NCBI RefSeq assembly: GCF_000143415.4
Contig: NW_003314311.1
Span: 1,372,769-1,436,768, forward strand
DNA length: 64,000 bases
Source: Selaginella moellendorffii
Lineage: Eukaryota > Plantae > Lycopodiophyta
Reading direction: 5' to 3'
Position numbers and translations under genes: made by a program. Below are positions 24,638 to 36,100 of this stretch, piece after piece. The notes below the pieces were generated by a model, which did not search any database, was not told where the DNA came from, and saw only the letters and a list, made by a program, of their open reading frames with translations. Position 1 is the stretch's first letter; each line of letters opens with the position of its first letter.

Positions 24638-27600
24638 TTAATTAGCTCCAAAAGTTTTCTGCAAATCGGCAATAGTAAGGCTTGCTTGGTGTATATGAAT
24701 ATCCACTTTAGGATCCTGGTGCAAAATGTTGATGAAGATGTAGTACATATGCTTGCAAGGAGCATATGCCTTCCCATGTTCCTCGCGCTTCGTAAAGTCT
24801 GGACATGTGCAAGAAGGAAAGTCTTGAATGGCAATTGTGTACTCTCCACCTTCTGTTTTGACTATGTATTCCTTTGCGAGCACAATGATGTACTTCGTGG
24901 AGAGAATTTCACACTCAAGTGTTTGAGCCAAGTTTATTTTACCTTGCTTTTGCTTGGAGACGGTACCAATAAATTTAACTGCCTTACCTTTTTGTGTTGG
25001 CCTCCTGTGCATCTCTGTAGGTATAGTCCTGGTTCTGTCACTCATATCTCTAACTCTCCTCTCAAGATTGAAACCAGATTTCTCAAGGTTTTCAATTTCA
25101 TCCGAGGTGAGTGCAACCCCATTAGCAACCGGCCATTCTTTAGGTACTGCATCAGGTTTAGTCACTATAGTGTCTTCAAGCCGCTTTATATGGTTGACAT
25201 CAGAGTTGCAGCAATATAACCAACACCATCTTGAAAATCCTATTTGCTTTCGTTCCCCATGGAAACATAGGGCTGGAACAGAAGCAGACTTGTCACCACA
25301 GATCCAAGCCCAACATTTGCCCCTTGGAAGCATCCCCACACACCTTACATTTGATTTCGCTGGCACTCGACGGATTGCCCATTACTTCGGCTCCACACTA
25401 CGATAAGCAATTTCAACCTGCTGTGACGCACTTTCTTCATCAGCCACTTGAGGTGGTTCGGTTCTAGGGCGATGTCTTGGAGCAGAATGATACTCAACAT
25501 CAGGCTTGTGAGAGCTTTTTGCTCCAAGATCCGTGCCAACATCTTCACTAGCAAAGGAAAATCGACACTTTGAGCGGACAGTCTTCATATCACCAATAGA
25601 AGCCCGAGGAGTGTACTCCATAGATGTGCCGTGGACCACTTCCTCCACTGCAGTTGCCATTGTTCATGCTGGTGGAGTCACTTTCTTCTTCATCTGATCG
25701 TGTAACATCTCAACCGAAGGTCCTGTTTCCATGTATCTTCCTTCCTAAAATGCCAAGGCTTTTGAAGACTGCTCTACAGCGCATATCAAATCTGATAGAC
25801 ATGCTTCATATAGACTCATCTTCCCTTTCCCTGCCTCAGAGGAACGCCAGCTCCAATGTTTACTCTCTGAGAGATTCACAGTTGGGGTGTATGCAAGATC
25901 CTCAAGTGGTTGATCCTTATAAAAAGATGATATTAAAAAGCAATAAAAAGAGAGGAAAAAAAGAAAAACCAACCTGAAAAGAGTGATGTCCCTATTGGAA
26001 CATTCTAACTTCCCACCACCCCAACCACGACTCAAGTTGTGGTAGATAACTTACGTCAGTATAGCCATCTTCACGCCACCACATTTGGATCTCGTTTGCT
26101 TTTGCCTCATGCTCTTCTTCAGAAGGTGCAACTTGCTATTGTTTGCACAACTCCTTAAATGCTAATTGGAAATCTGGCTTGATAAGGTGGTAGTGTTGAT
26201 TTAGGCTCTGAGCCCAATGGAACTCACAAGTCCTCTCATGACCTTCTAGGGGTAGACCATTCCCAAAGGCTACCCGGACACCATTCCAATTAGCCCCAGC
26301 CCCATCTGCCATGAAACCGCGAAAGTTGGCAGGCTTACCAGTCCACTTCAATACAATGTCGGAGAGGGACTTCCAAAATATTTTCTGAGCCATCTGGTCT
26401 TGTACTTTAAACTTTGCTGTTGCAATTTTCAAGTTACAATGTAGCCTGTGAAAAGCGCAATGTTTAAAACCATTTTAAGATAATGAGAAAAAAAACTACC
26501 TCGGATCATACACATGAGCTCCCATGGTTGTCCAACCTGCCACCCACTCCATATGGTCAAAATGTACCCATGCATTAGCAAGGTCACTTGACCCAAACAT
26601 ATCCATTCGGGAAACAAGATCCACACCAGAGGCAAGGCCCATGGTAGATATTTTGAAAACGAAGGGGCGCTCTTGCTCACTAACGACTTGATCTGGAAAT
26701 AAACTCCCATGGATAAACTCATAGGGACAAGTCCATTTTAGTTCAAGGATTGAGTCAATTTTTGATTGGAGTTTCCCCTCTCGAGATTCACACATCCAAG
26801 ACTTTATCCTAAATAAAACAAAGTGTAAGAGAGATATTATTGAAAAGTATGTAATAATATTTTCATACCTCCTAAGGCTAGTTGTAGGTTGCACATGTCG
26901 TAGTAACTCCCGCAAGCTAGCCTCATCCAGTTGAGTATTCTTGTAGTCCGGATCAAGTAAAGTATTTGCGATAAAATCCTTGAGCACTGTCTTTTGAACA
27001 TGCTTCGGAGTTGCAGATGAGTTTCTCACAGTCTCTATCTGCACCACATCTTTGAAATGGTTGACTGAACTCCTTTGTATCCCTTCCTGTATTGGATGTG
27101 TGTGCGTACCAATATGTATTGCAGATCTACCAACCTCTCCATCCCGTGGAAGAAAATAGTACATCTTGGCCCCGCAGATGGCACGACACAATGGAGCATT
27201 CTTGCAAAACCGACACTTGAATCCAACACCAATGGTGTCACAGAGGGGAGGATTGGTTGTAGATCCTTCAAAAAATATGGAGTTTTTACTGTGCTCTCGA
27301 TTGCATGCTTTATTCACACAATCAAAATACCCACCACAATGAACCATGGACACTGTGCCTTCGAAATTCTGGAAATGTGTGGTCTTGATTTTGCACCAGT
27401 TGTGGACATCCTGCTTCGTCTCCATCCCCTTTCGTTTTGAGCTGACAAAAGGTGGTAGTTCAAAGAAGATATTGCCATTGTATGTAGATGGGAGCTCGTT
27501 AACAGGCCTATACAGAAAGGAACAAACATCGATAGAGAGGCGGGAAAACTGGAAAGTGTTGCAAACAACTTGGAATATCAGTGAAGTTGGAGTTTGGAAA

Positions 27601-27962
27601 TTCTTGGCTCGCACTGGACTAACATCTCCACTAGAACTAGAAGAGGAAGAAATGATGACGACCGACTCTTGCTTCATATTCACTTTAGTAGGATCACAGC
27701 CTCGCACTTTGATTGGAGATCCAAAAACTCAAATCTCTTTCGACTTTGAATGTTGCAAATCCCAATGTTGTCCACCTTCACCTACACCCAAAAGAAGAAA
27801 CTCTGATTGTTCAATTACACCAATGTTGTTGCGAATCACAACTTCCAATGAAATAGAACCGAGAGAAAGATCGAAATGTCGGCAAAGAAAAATTTCTGAA
27901 ATAAAACTTTGGGAGAAAGAAAGCGGTGGATGATCTTGGTAATGCAAAAGGAAGCTCTCCAT
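24638..27962 (-). pseudogene. MULE-like transposase: N-terminal GCM/WRKY-like Zn finger, MULE DDE core, C-terminal SWIM finger; multi-exon with premature stops
   Basis: CGGYFDCVNKAC..CRFC..C..CGAK..HIGTHTHP; VHFDH; FMADGAGANWNGV..ERTCEFHW; CTCPDF...PCKHMYYI (SWIM CxCxnCxH). Stops at ~26136, 25745, 25382. Start uncertain. Confidence 0.8.
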
Positions 27963-28768
27963 TTTGTTGCCTTTAGGTTTTGGAATTCTGAACTTTTATA
28001 ACGAAATGTCATCTCACATGTACTATGCAATTATGTGAAAAGATAGGGCGATTTCATTCTAGGATCTAACATCGAATAATGTTGTTATAATAAATTCTGT
28101 ATGAAGTATATAGGACTATGTTGTACAATATTAAAAGTCTATATACATTGAATTCAAAAACATACTCAAATTTATTATATGCACTAACTTTTGGTAGAAC
28201 AGAAAGAAATATCACCTCAAGCATGTGCCATAATATGAAAGATAGGAATGATTTTATTCTAGGATCTACCATCAACCAATTGTTGCCAAATAAATTAAAT
28301 ATTGTACATATTTTCAGTACTTCATTAAAGCTAGAAATCATCACATTCTTCTGAACTCATTTAAATATATTCCATCTTTGTACTACCATCTATCACCTAT
28401 AGTAAATTATCTATATACATTGCTTTGGAAATAACACCTTACAATTTAATAATCTTATATTTTCTAACAATTTCGTACTGTGATCAATTCAACACATGCA
28501 TCTGTGACATTATTTCACATTATGACATAGTCATATTAGAGCACACCTCCATTATTAAATTACAATTCAAAAGGACTTTGTCACGTGATTAAATCTAGGG
28601 CGGAATAGAAATTGTACAGTGCTAGATTTATTATTTATTGTACAGTGATGATTTACTGCATCCACGATGAACGGCTATGATGAAAGTTAGGTTAGGGTTA
28701 GGGCAGCTGCCGGCGTTAGGGTTTTACAGAAAGTAGAGCGGGAGATTGGGAGTGACTGCGGGAACAGA

Positions 28769-31700
28769 ATGCCGCCAAGAGTAAGTTTTTTCTCCTCCTC
28801 CACTCCCTCTCCTCCCTGCCCAGTGCTGCCGCGCCCAGCGCCCCCGCGCCCACGCCATGCCCAGCACCGCCACGCCCAGCACTACCACGCCCACACCACG
28901 CCACGCTCAGCATCGCCACTGCCCAAGGCTGCCGAGCGCTGCCCACTGCCATGCCACTGCTGCCGTGCCGCCGCTGCCCAGCATCGCCCATGCCACGCCA
29001 CGCCACGCCAGCGCCGCGCTGCCTAGGGCCACCGCTGCCCAGCACCGCTGCTGCCAAGTGCCCAGGCCGGGCATTTGGCTGGGCACTCCGTCTGGGCCGG
29101 CCATGGCAGGCCGGTACGCCGGCAAACCAGTGCCAGAGCCAACTGCCCGCGCAAAGTCCGTGCAGGCCAGCCAAGGCGCTTGGCCGGCAAAGGCGCCAAG
29201 TGCTTGTGCCAAATGCCCACGCTGGGCATTTGGCATGAGCCAGCCAAGTCCAAGTGCCCAGGCCAAGGGTACCGGGGCACTTGGCGCGCACTGGCCTTGG
29301 CGCGGGCCGGCCAAGGTGCTTGGGGGTGGCCCGGTTCGCTGGCGAACCGGCGCCTGCACCAAGCCCAAGCCCTGTTCCCCTCTTCTTATGCATTTATAAT
29401 TTATAATGAGTTTTTTTAATTTTCAGAAACGGAAGCTACTACAAAAGGAGAGGGATGTTGGATCAAAGAGAAGACATGAGGAAGATGAGATCCAGGATGA
29501 TAATCAAGTTGACCTTTAGATAGAGATTTCCACAGCGACAACTCTACCATCTTCCCAACCAGATAACTCCAGTCCACATGCACCCCCACCACCACCATCG
29601 ATGCCACCACCACCATTACCACCGCCACCACCTTCACCACCATTACCACCACCACCACCTTTACCTTCATCACCACAATTACCACCACCGTCATCACCAC
29701 CATTACCACCACCACCGTCATCACCACCATCATCACCACCACCAGCGCAACCATTGTTATCACTACCATTGCTGCCATAACCACAAATGCCACTACTCTT
29801 AACATATTCACAAAATATGGCAGAAACGGAGCAGTGCCCAAGTGCGCTTGATGGCAGTGTTGGGCCCGAGTCGGGGGCTAGATCTGATAATGGTGCTACT
29901 GGAGGTGTAGCTGAAGCTGAAAGAGAAGTGGAGCTACCTGAACACATTGTCGACAAGTGCTTCCAAGAGATAGTTTTGAGAACTAAAGAGAAGGTCATTC
30001 ACACGACTCTGGAGTCTCTCAAGTGGGAAGGCCCGGGGCACATGATTCGAGAAATCCCACTATGTCGATTCACTCAGACAAGCATTGTTCGGTCTGCTTC
30101 ACTGCACTTCGTCAACATGGACATCTATAGTCTGTACAAACAGAATGGCCTTGGGACAAACATAGGTATGTTCCTTGTTTCGGTCTTCAAGCCAGGAATG
30201 ACAAATACCCTCTCGGTGTCACCGGAAATCGAGAGGGATTGGGATGACATTTGGAAAATGAAGTCCCGCGAATTTGACATCAAGCTTATGAGCCATCCTG
30301 AGACTCAACAATTTGTGGAGAAAATGTTCTACATTATCGACGGGAATCATCGCTGGTGCACGTGGATGAAGTGCATCCGAGAATGCTTCCGAGACGATCC
30401 TGTCTATCACATCAATGTTTCGGTTGGACATGTACACGCGAGAGGATCTCTAGATGTGGCAAGGCTTGTGATAGCTTGCCACAAAATTAATGCATAAGTA
30501 CCTCTCCCTCTTCAATCACTTTTAACGATTTGTGTTTTGCAGGCTGGGATAGTTTGTAGTGTAGAAACAAAGCCTAGTACATGATATCGAGCAGATCTGA
30601 TTTCTTGCCAATCTCGACGAGGATGCAGTCCATAGCCACTATAGTGATGATTTAGCATCACTTATTCGGCATCAACGAGGTCGTCAGGATGCCAATAGAT
30701 GGTATAAGAATCCAGTGGCTTTTATGACAGCTGTGTGGAGTAAGGTATGTTCTTTCAAGTATACTTCTTATCATAGAATGTTTGTGTTGTCTTCAGCCAT
30801 TGGTGAAGGTTAAGCAAGATGCATATGCACAGTTGCATCGAGCTGAAAATGATCAAAAACTCTTAGAGCATTTAGCTGCAATTGACAAGAAAATCAACAA
30901 CACAAAGAAGACAAAAGTAAAGAAATTACTTAGTGTGGCTAACCCTCGACGCCCAAAGGAGTGGTTCAATATTATAACAGAGATTGCTTGTCATGAAAGT
31001 AAGTATTGTTTATGTTTACATAAAGGTTACTCACAAAAGTTATTTTTTAGTGGGCAAGACTCCAGATGAGATTATTTACAACATCTCAAAGTCAAAGCTT
31101 ACATATGAGGAACAGATACACATTCTGAATGACCTCAATAGCAGACTCAGGGAAGGAGAAAAAGGTTTGGACAGTATGATGGAGACTGTGATGAGGAGGA
31201 CCGTCTACATTTCACAAACTGTATATGAAGGGGAGATGTTTCTAGTGCCTTTTATAGGGGATGATCCTGAGCAACTTCCATTTAAGGACTTCGTCACCAT
31301 TGAGCTTACAAAACTCGGAGAGGACTGGCTGCTAAAGAAGGCCACAAGCACGACTCCATTTGATAAACAACTTGGCCAACCTTACTTCATGCGTCGAGCG
31401 GCTTCCAGGTAACATACAATTTCTCAACTATACTCAATTGTTTATATTCTATTATAGGTATCTCCAATATAGAGGCGTTCCTCTCGAAACACTGGTATGC
31501 ACACGACTTCTGAGGCATGGTGTGAGAGATGGAGGCATGTACCCGACAACAATGAAGTTTCCAGCAGCAATAAAGCATGCTTGTCCTTGGGAATTGGAGA
31601 TGCCAGATTATGAACCAACCAACCATGAGGCTGCAAGAGGCAACAATGATGACGAAGATGATGGCCATGAGAATGTCGACCCTGTTGGTGCCAATGGCGA

Positions 31701-32842
31701 GCAGAGTGAAGATGGCGGTGAAAACGAGATTCTTCGAGACGAAGTCGAGCAAGAGAACCAGAACGTCCAAGAAGTTCTACCTCCACAAAAGCGTGCAAAT
31801 CCACATCTTGAGGAATTAGTCAACAGTGATGATGATCGTCCAAGACGTCCCTGTAACCGAGGAACTTCTCGAGGTATATTTCTTTTAATTCTCTCCTTTT
31901 CTTAGTTCCTCAAAATGGTTGCAGCAAAAACTGTCAGGAGTAACTTCATTCCAGCTCGTCTTGATGCTCGAGAAGAGGACTTGGAGGAACTTACATCTAC
32001 CACACGCCACATGACGGTATGTAAATTTTTCTTAAGTTCACATCTTATCTTTGTCTTCTCCCCCTAGATTTGCTTTGTATCTCCAGTGGCATTCCGTGGT
32101 GAAGTTGGGATCTTTATTGGCTCCTATAATTCATTGATGGCATCTTTTGAGGAGGATGCTAAGAATATGGCTATCCGGCAAAAGTGAGAGCGCTTTTATC
32201 AGAAGATCCATAGGCGACCGCTCAAGAGCACAAACTTCATGCTCTTTGACATGCCAGATGGTCTTCCAGACGCTAATGGTGATGTCCCAAGTTGGAACAA
32301 CCTGACTAAAGACCACTTGAAGGATGCATTCCTTTTGGCAGCAATTCTTCTTCACACAACCGGTCAAGTTGCCTTCATTCTTCCGAATGACCCCCATTGG
32401 ATGTCCTGCCTTATAAGGTATGCAAGTCGAGTCAACTTCAAGAGGTTCTCTTCTGGGTGCATCATGGATAGTGTTGGGGTCGAGACCAAAGGTGTCCTAG
32501 ACATGCCAGAGAAGGTAAGAAATCATTTTCTATTTTGGTTGTCTCTAAAGTTTTATTATTCAGGTTATGATGTGGACCTACCATGTGTTCTGCAGAAGAG
32601 AAAATGACGGTTTTCGTGATAGCGAGTGTGCTGCAAGGGTTTTGCCAAGGTATGATAGCTTTACTGACATCATACCAAATCTCATAGACGACGACATCCG
32701 CAACACATTGTCTGGGTATCAGTTCCGATCTCCATCGGCGATGCATGTCCTACTTGAGCTTTATTGCCCAACTAGGGGTGTTGTCATCGATTGCACAGCA
32801 GGTAGTGGTTCGATGGTCGAAGCAGCACATGACTCTGGTAGA
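28769..32842 (+). pseudogene. ParB/Srx-like domain + beta-class N6-adenine/N4-cytosine DNA methyltransferase-like gene (gene 1), multi-exon, truncated at element B
   Basis: ATG CCG CCA AGA|GTAAGT (28769), GC-rich intron, acceptor TTTCAG at 29426, giving MPPR-KRK (NLS-like), a poly-Pro tract and VR...FYIIDGNHRW (30336-30353). Then LLFDMPDG (32248, motif IV position) and LLELYCPTRGVVIDCTAGSGSMVEAAHDSGR (motifs X/I, ~32750-32842). In-frame stops at 29517, 29778 and others. Confidence 0.72.
29580..29775 (+). repeat. (CCA)n-rich low-complexity tract encoding poly-proline in gene 1 exon 2
   Basis: Frame continuous with splice acceptor 29426 and ORF 29787. Confidence 0.8.
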
Positions 32843-33179
32843 AAGCTTTATTTCGTTAAAGTGGGAATTGTCATTATCCCACTTGTAAAATAAGGTTTCC
32901 AAACCTTTATATAGTATATAAATATAACAAAATTCAACTGCATTGAGGCACATGCCATTTTATTTTAAACAAGGAAATGTTTACTCAATCACTTCTCCTC
33001 CCCCTGCCACTGCTTCACCTCTCTCTTCTCCTTGTCATCGTCGTCTAATTTCTTTCCATCCTTTTAATATTGGCTTAGTTGCTCCGAGTCTAGGTGGAGC
33101 CCAAGTCCCCATTCAATCTTTACTTTCCCCTTATTAATAAAACAACTTCGTAGACTTCCAATAACATGCTGTAACACTT

Positions 33180-36100
33180 CTAGTATAATGCAAATCCTCT
33201 CAAAGAATTGCCTTTTAATATTAATACAATGGCATGGAACCCCATGCCATAATAAGTTACATTTTTAAATAAATACATGCCATCTCGGATTGTTATTTTT
33301 TGCCTCCAACGCCTATACAATAATCTTGGAATTTCATCACTCTCCACACTATCAGGATTTAAACCCAATAGTAATGCCATCTCTTCTCTAATACGTCCAC
33401 GCTCATGTTCAGTGGTCGAAGAACCCATCCGGTTGAGCAGATTATGGAGATGCGGATAGTGCTTGGCTAGACAATATACATGCCATAAATGATGACTAGT
33501 GTCTGTCCGATCAAATGACTTCTGATATACCATTCCATCTGCCATTTGGTTGATTTCTACAGCCACCTCCTAGACTGGCCGGTTCTCTATCACCATCGCT
33601 CCAAGCCGTTCTACAAGGTCCCCCAGAACATACAGTTTCTTCTCCCTAGTTTCCATACTGCAAGAGATGGGGTGCACTGCATATGTGTGCGTGTTCACTG
33701 CAGTTTTAATCGGCGAGTCATCGATGATGAGGATTTCACTTGACCTAGCAGTCCGGTTCATCACTACAGCCTCTGGCTTGACGAAGATGGGCTTGCTACC
33801 CCTCACATGGACCATAGTCAAGCAATCCTCCTGCGTTAGGAGAAAGTCAAATGGTAATATTACTCGCGTCTGATCGTGCATCATCTGTAGCAACGTTAAT
33901 GCATTGTGGCGCATCATGGATGTCCAAACTCCCAATTGCAAATTGAACCCGGCCCTCTGTTTTAAGTGTCACATGGTCATTATTAGATCCCGCAGTTTCT
34001 CCCGTGTGATTAATGTGAATCTGTCTCTTTTGACCAACTTGCGACCGCAGGCTTTGGAGGGTGCAGTGACATTCGAGGACGAGCCACGCTCATGGGAGAA
34101 AAGGACACCATTCAGATAAAAAATGATACAGTACCTTCGCCGTGACTCTGAAATGAAATGCGTCAGCATAAAAAATGGTACAAGTCAATTTTACCATCTA
34201 CAATATTAGCGAATGGTGCTCCTGATGGTCGTTCAGAGGGTTTTGGTCGAGGAAACGTGAAGGGCGGAAATACTCTCCTCTGCAATGTGGGGTCAATCGC
34301 ATCCGATGGCATGTGGGCACATGCCATTTCAGCTGTAGACTCTGGTACAACTGGCTCAACAGTGGCATGGGGTGGTTTCGATGGCATGTGATCACACGCC
34401 ATTTCAGCTGGTGCCTCCGTTGGCAAAGTGGACATGACCGAACAGGCAGCAGGGGCGGTGTAGGGAGGTTCCAATGGCGCGTAGTCAGACGATTGGGCAC
34501 ACGTTGAGTCCGTTGGAAATGAGGATACGACCGGCTCGGCGGCTGGGGCGGCCTCATGCGGGTCCAATGGCGCCTGGTCACCGTCAGTTGGATACGTGGA
34601 CAAGATTGACTCAGTGGTATGGGCAGCATCAAGTGGAGCGTGGTCAGCTTGCTTGGCGTTGATATGGATAGTAGCCTCCACCAGCTCTGATGACTCTTGC
34701 AGGCAAGTAGAGTCCACTGGCGGATCCATATGCATGTCCAAATATCTCCCTTCGATTGAGATGGTATCCTCCCTACTGGCTACTAAAAACAAACTCATTA
34801 GCACATTGAATCGACTATACTGTATTTACCATCAACTGCTATTGAGGAACTAGGATCGATATCACTTGGGTGCACTGCTGATTCTGAAGGATTGGACATA
34901 CGTTTCGACCCTTGCTTGGCACTATCCTTCCTCGACACTAAAGGCTAGAGTTTGTATCTTAATTCAACTGAATAATCTCTACTTACCATTTGCTTTGCGA
35001 CCTATATGGACAATGTTAGAAATGGTAAAAGGTTAGGAATGGATGTACTATTATTTACCTAATGGTTTGTCTTGTATGACCTTCCTCCGCTGCTCTTTGG
35101 CCACCTCAAGCTGGCCATCGTCGTCATCATCGTCGTCGTCGTTATTGTGATCGTCACCATTGTGAGGACCATCCAAGTCCTCTTTGTCCTCCTCTTCTTC
35201 GTCCTCCTCTTCTTCGTCCTCCTCTTCTTTGTCCTCCTCTTCGTCCTTCTGCTCTTCCTACTCATTATCTTTCTCTGGCTCCCCATCCCCCTCCTGCATT
35301 TCTTCCATAGGCTGCTCAGGCTGGATGGCTTGTTCTTCCAGGACCATCTTGGGAAAATCATCTGGCCGAGTCTCCATATCAAAATACAAGACATCCATAG
35401 CCTGTTTTAGTGCGTGACCTAGGACCGTATCCTCACCCGACTGTCTTAACATGGTTTCTGCATGTTCTTGCACCCTTCGAAGACGACGAGATGAGAAAAA
35501 CGTGGCCCTGACTTGAAAAGCATCCCTCATCCATTGTACCTCTCCATTGAGATTGGGGAAGGGGAGTCCGCCATAGGAATCTGAGTCAGGAGGTGGTGAC
35601 CGCGAGGCATTACCTATCATCTTTTCATTGCCCTTCTTCCTTTTCGAATCAAACGCCTCTGATCCCGACGACTGTCCAACGTGTTTTCGCTTTTTATGAC
35701 CACTGTCAGTTTGAGCTTGGCTGGTGCTTGCCTGTTTTGCCTTTGAAGAAGTGTCTCCTGCAAGGAATGGCATGAGACCACACGCCATTGCAAATATAAT
35801 TTGTACCTCCTTTTTTCCTATTGCTTGTCTGTTTGTCCTTCTTCGACGCGCCACCAATGCGCTTTTCAGTCCTCGTATCTGAATATTCACAACGATCGAT
35901 AATCAAAATGGCGTGAGGCCTCACGTGACCTTACCTTGTGCAGGTTGTGAGCTCGGCCCAACAGTAGCTGTTAACGCCGTTTCAGCATCTGGGGGTGGCC
36001 ACGCTCCTGCATACAGAGCTTGTGAGATAACATTTAAACTTAAAGTGCGTACTCACCAGGTTCGCAGAGAAGATACTGTTTTTCTTTGGCAACTGTAATT

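Larger units (their letters stand above)
23988..32842. mobile_element. Element A: Mutator-like (MULE/SWIM) transposon with divergent ParB-MTase cargo gene; right part cut off at the TIR of element B
   Basis: Left terminus inferred from the homology breakpoint with the copy at 22343. Contains the transposase pseudogene (-) and the ParB-MTase gene (+). No matching right TIR seen. Confidence 0.6.

Noticed and set aside
28686-28722. TTAGGG repeats as an interstitial telomere
   Set aside because: Only about 3 units; consistent with a telo-box-like promoter element before the gene 1 ATG.
28716-29419. Long overlapping GC-rich ORFs (225, 180, 153 aa)
   Set aside because: Low-complexity GC tract bounded by a GTAAGT donor (28781) and TTTCAG acceptor (29426); best read as intron 1 of gene 1.
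29416-29998. Poly-His, poly-Val and poly-Gly ORFs
   Set aside because: Alternative frames of the (CCA)n poly-Pro tract.
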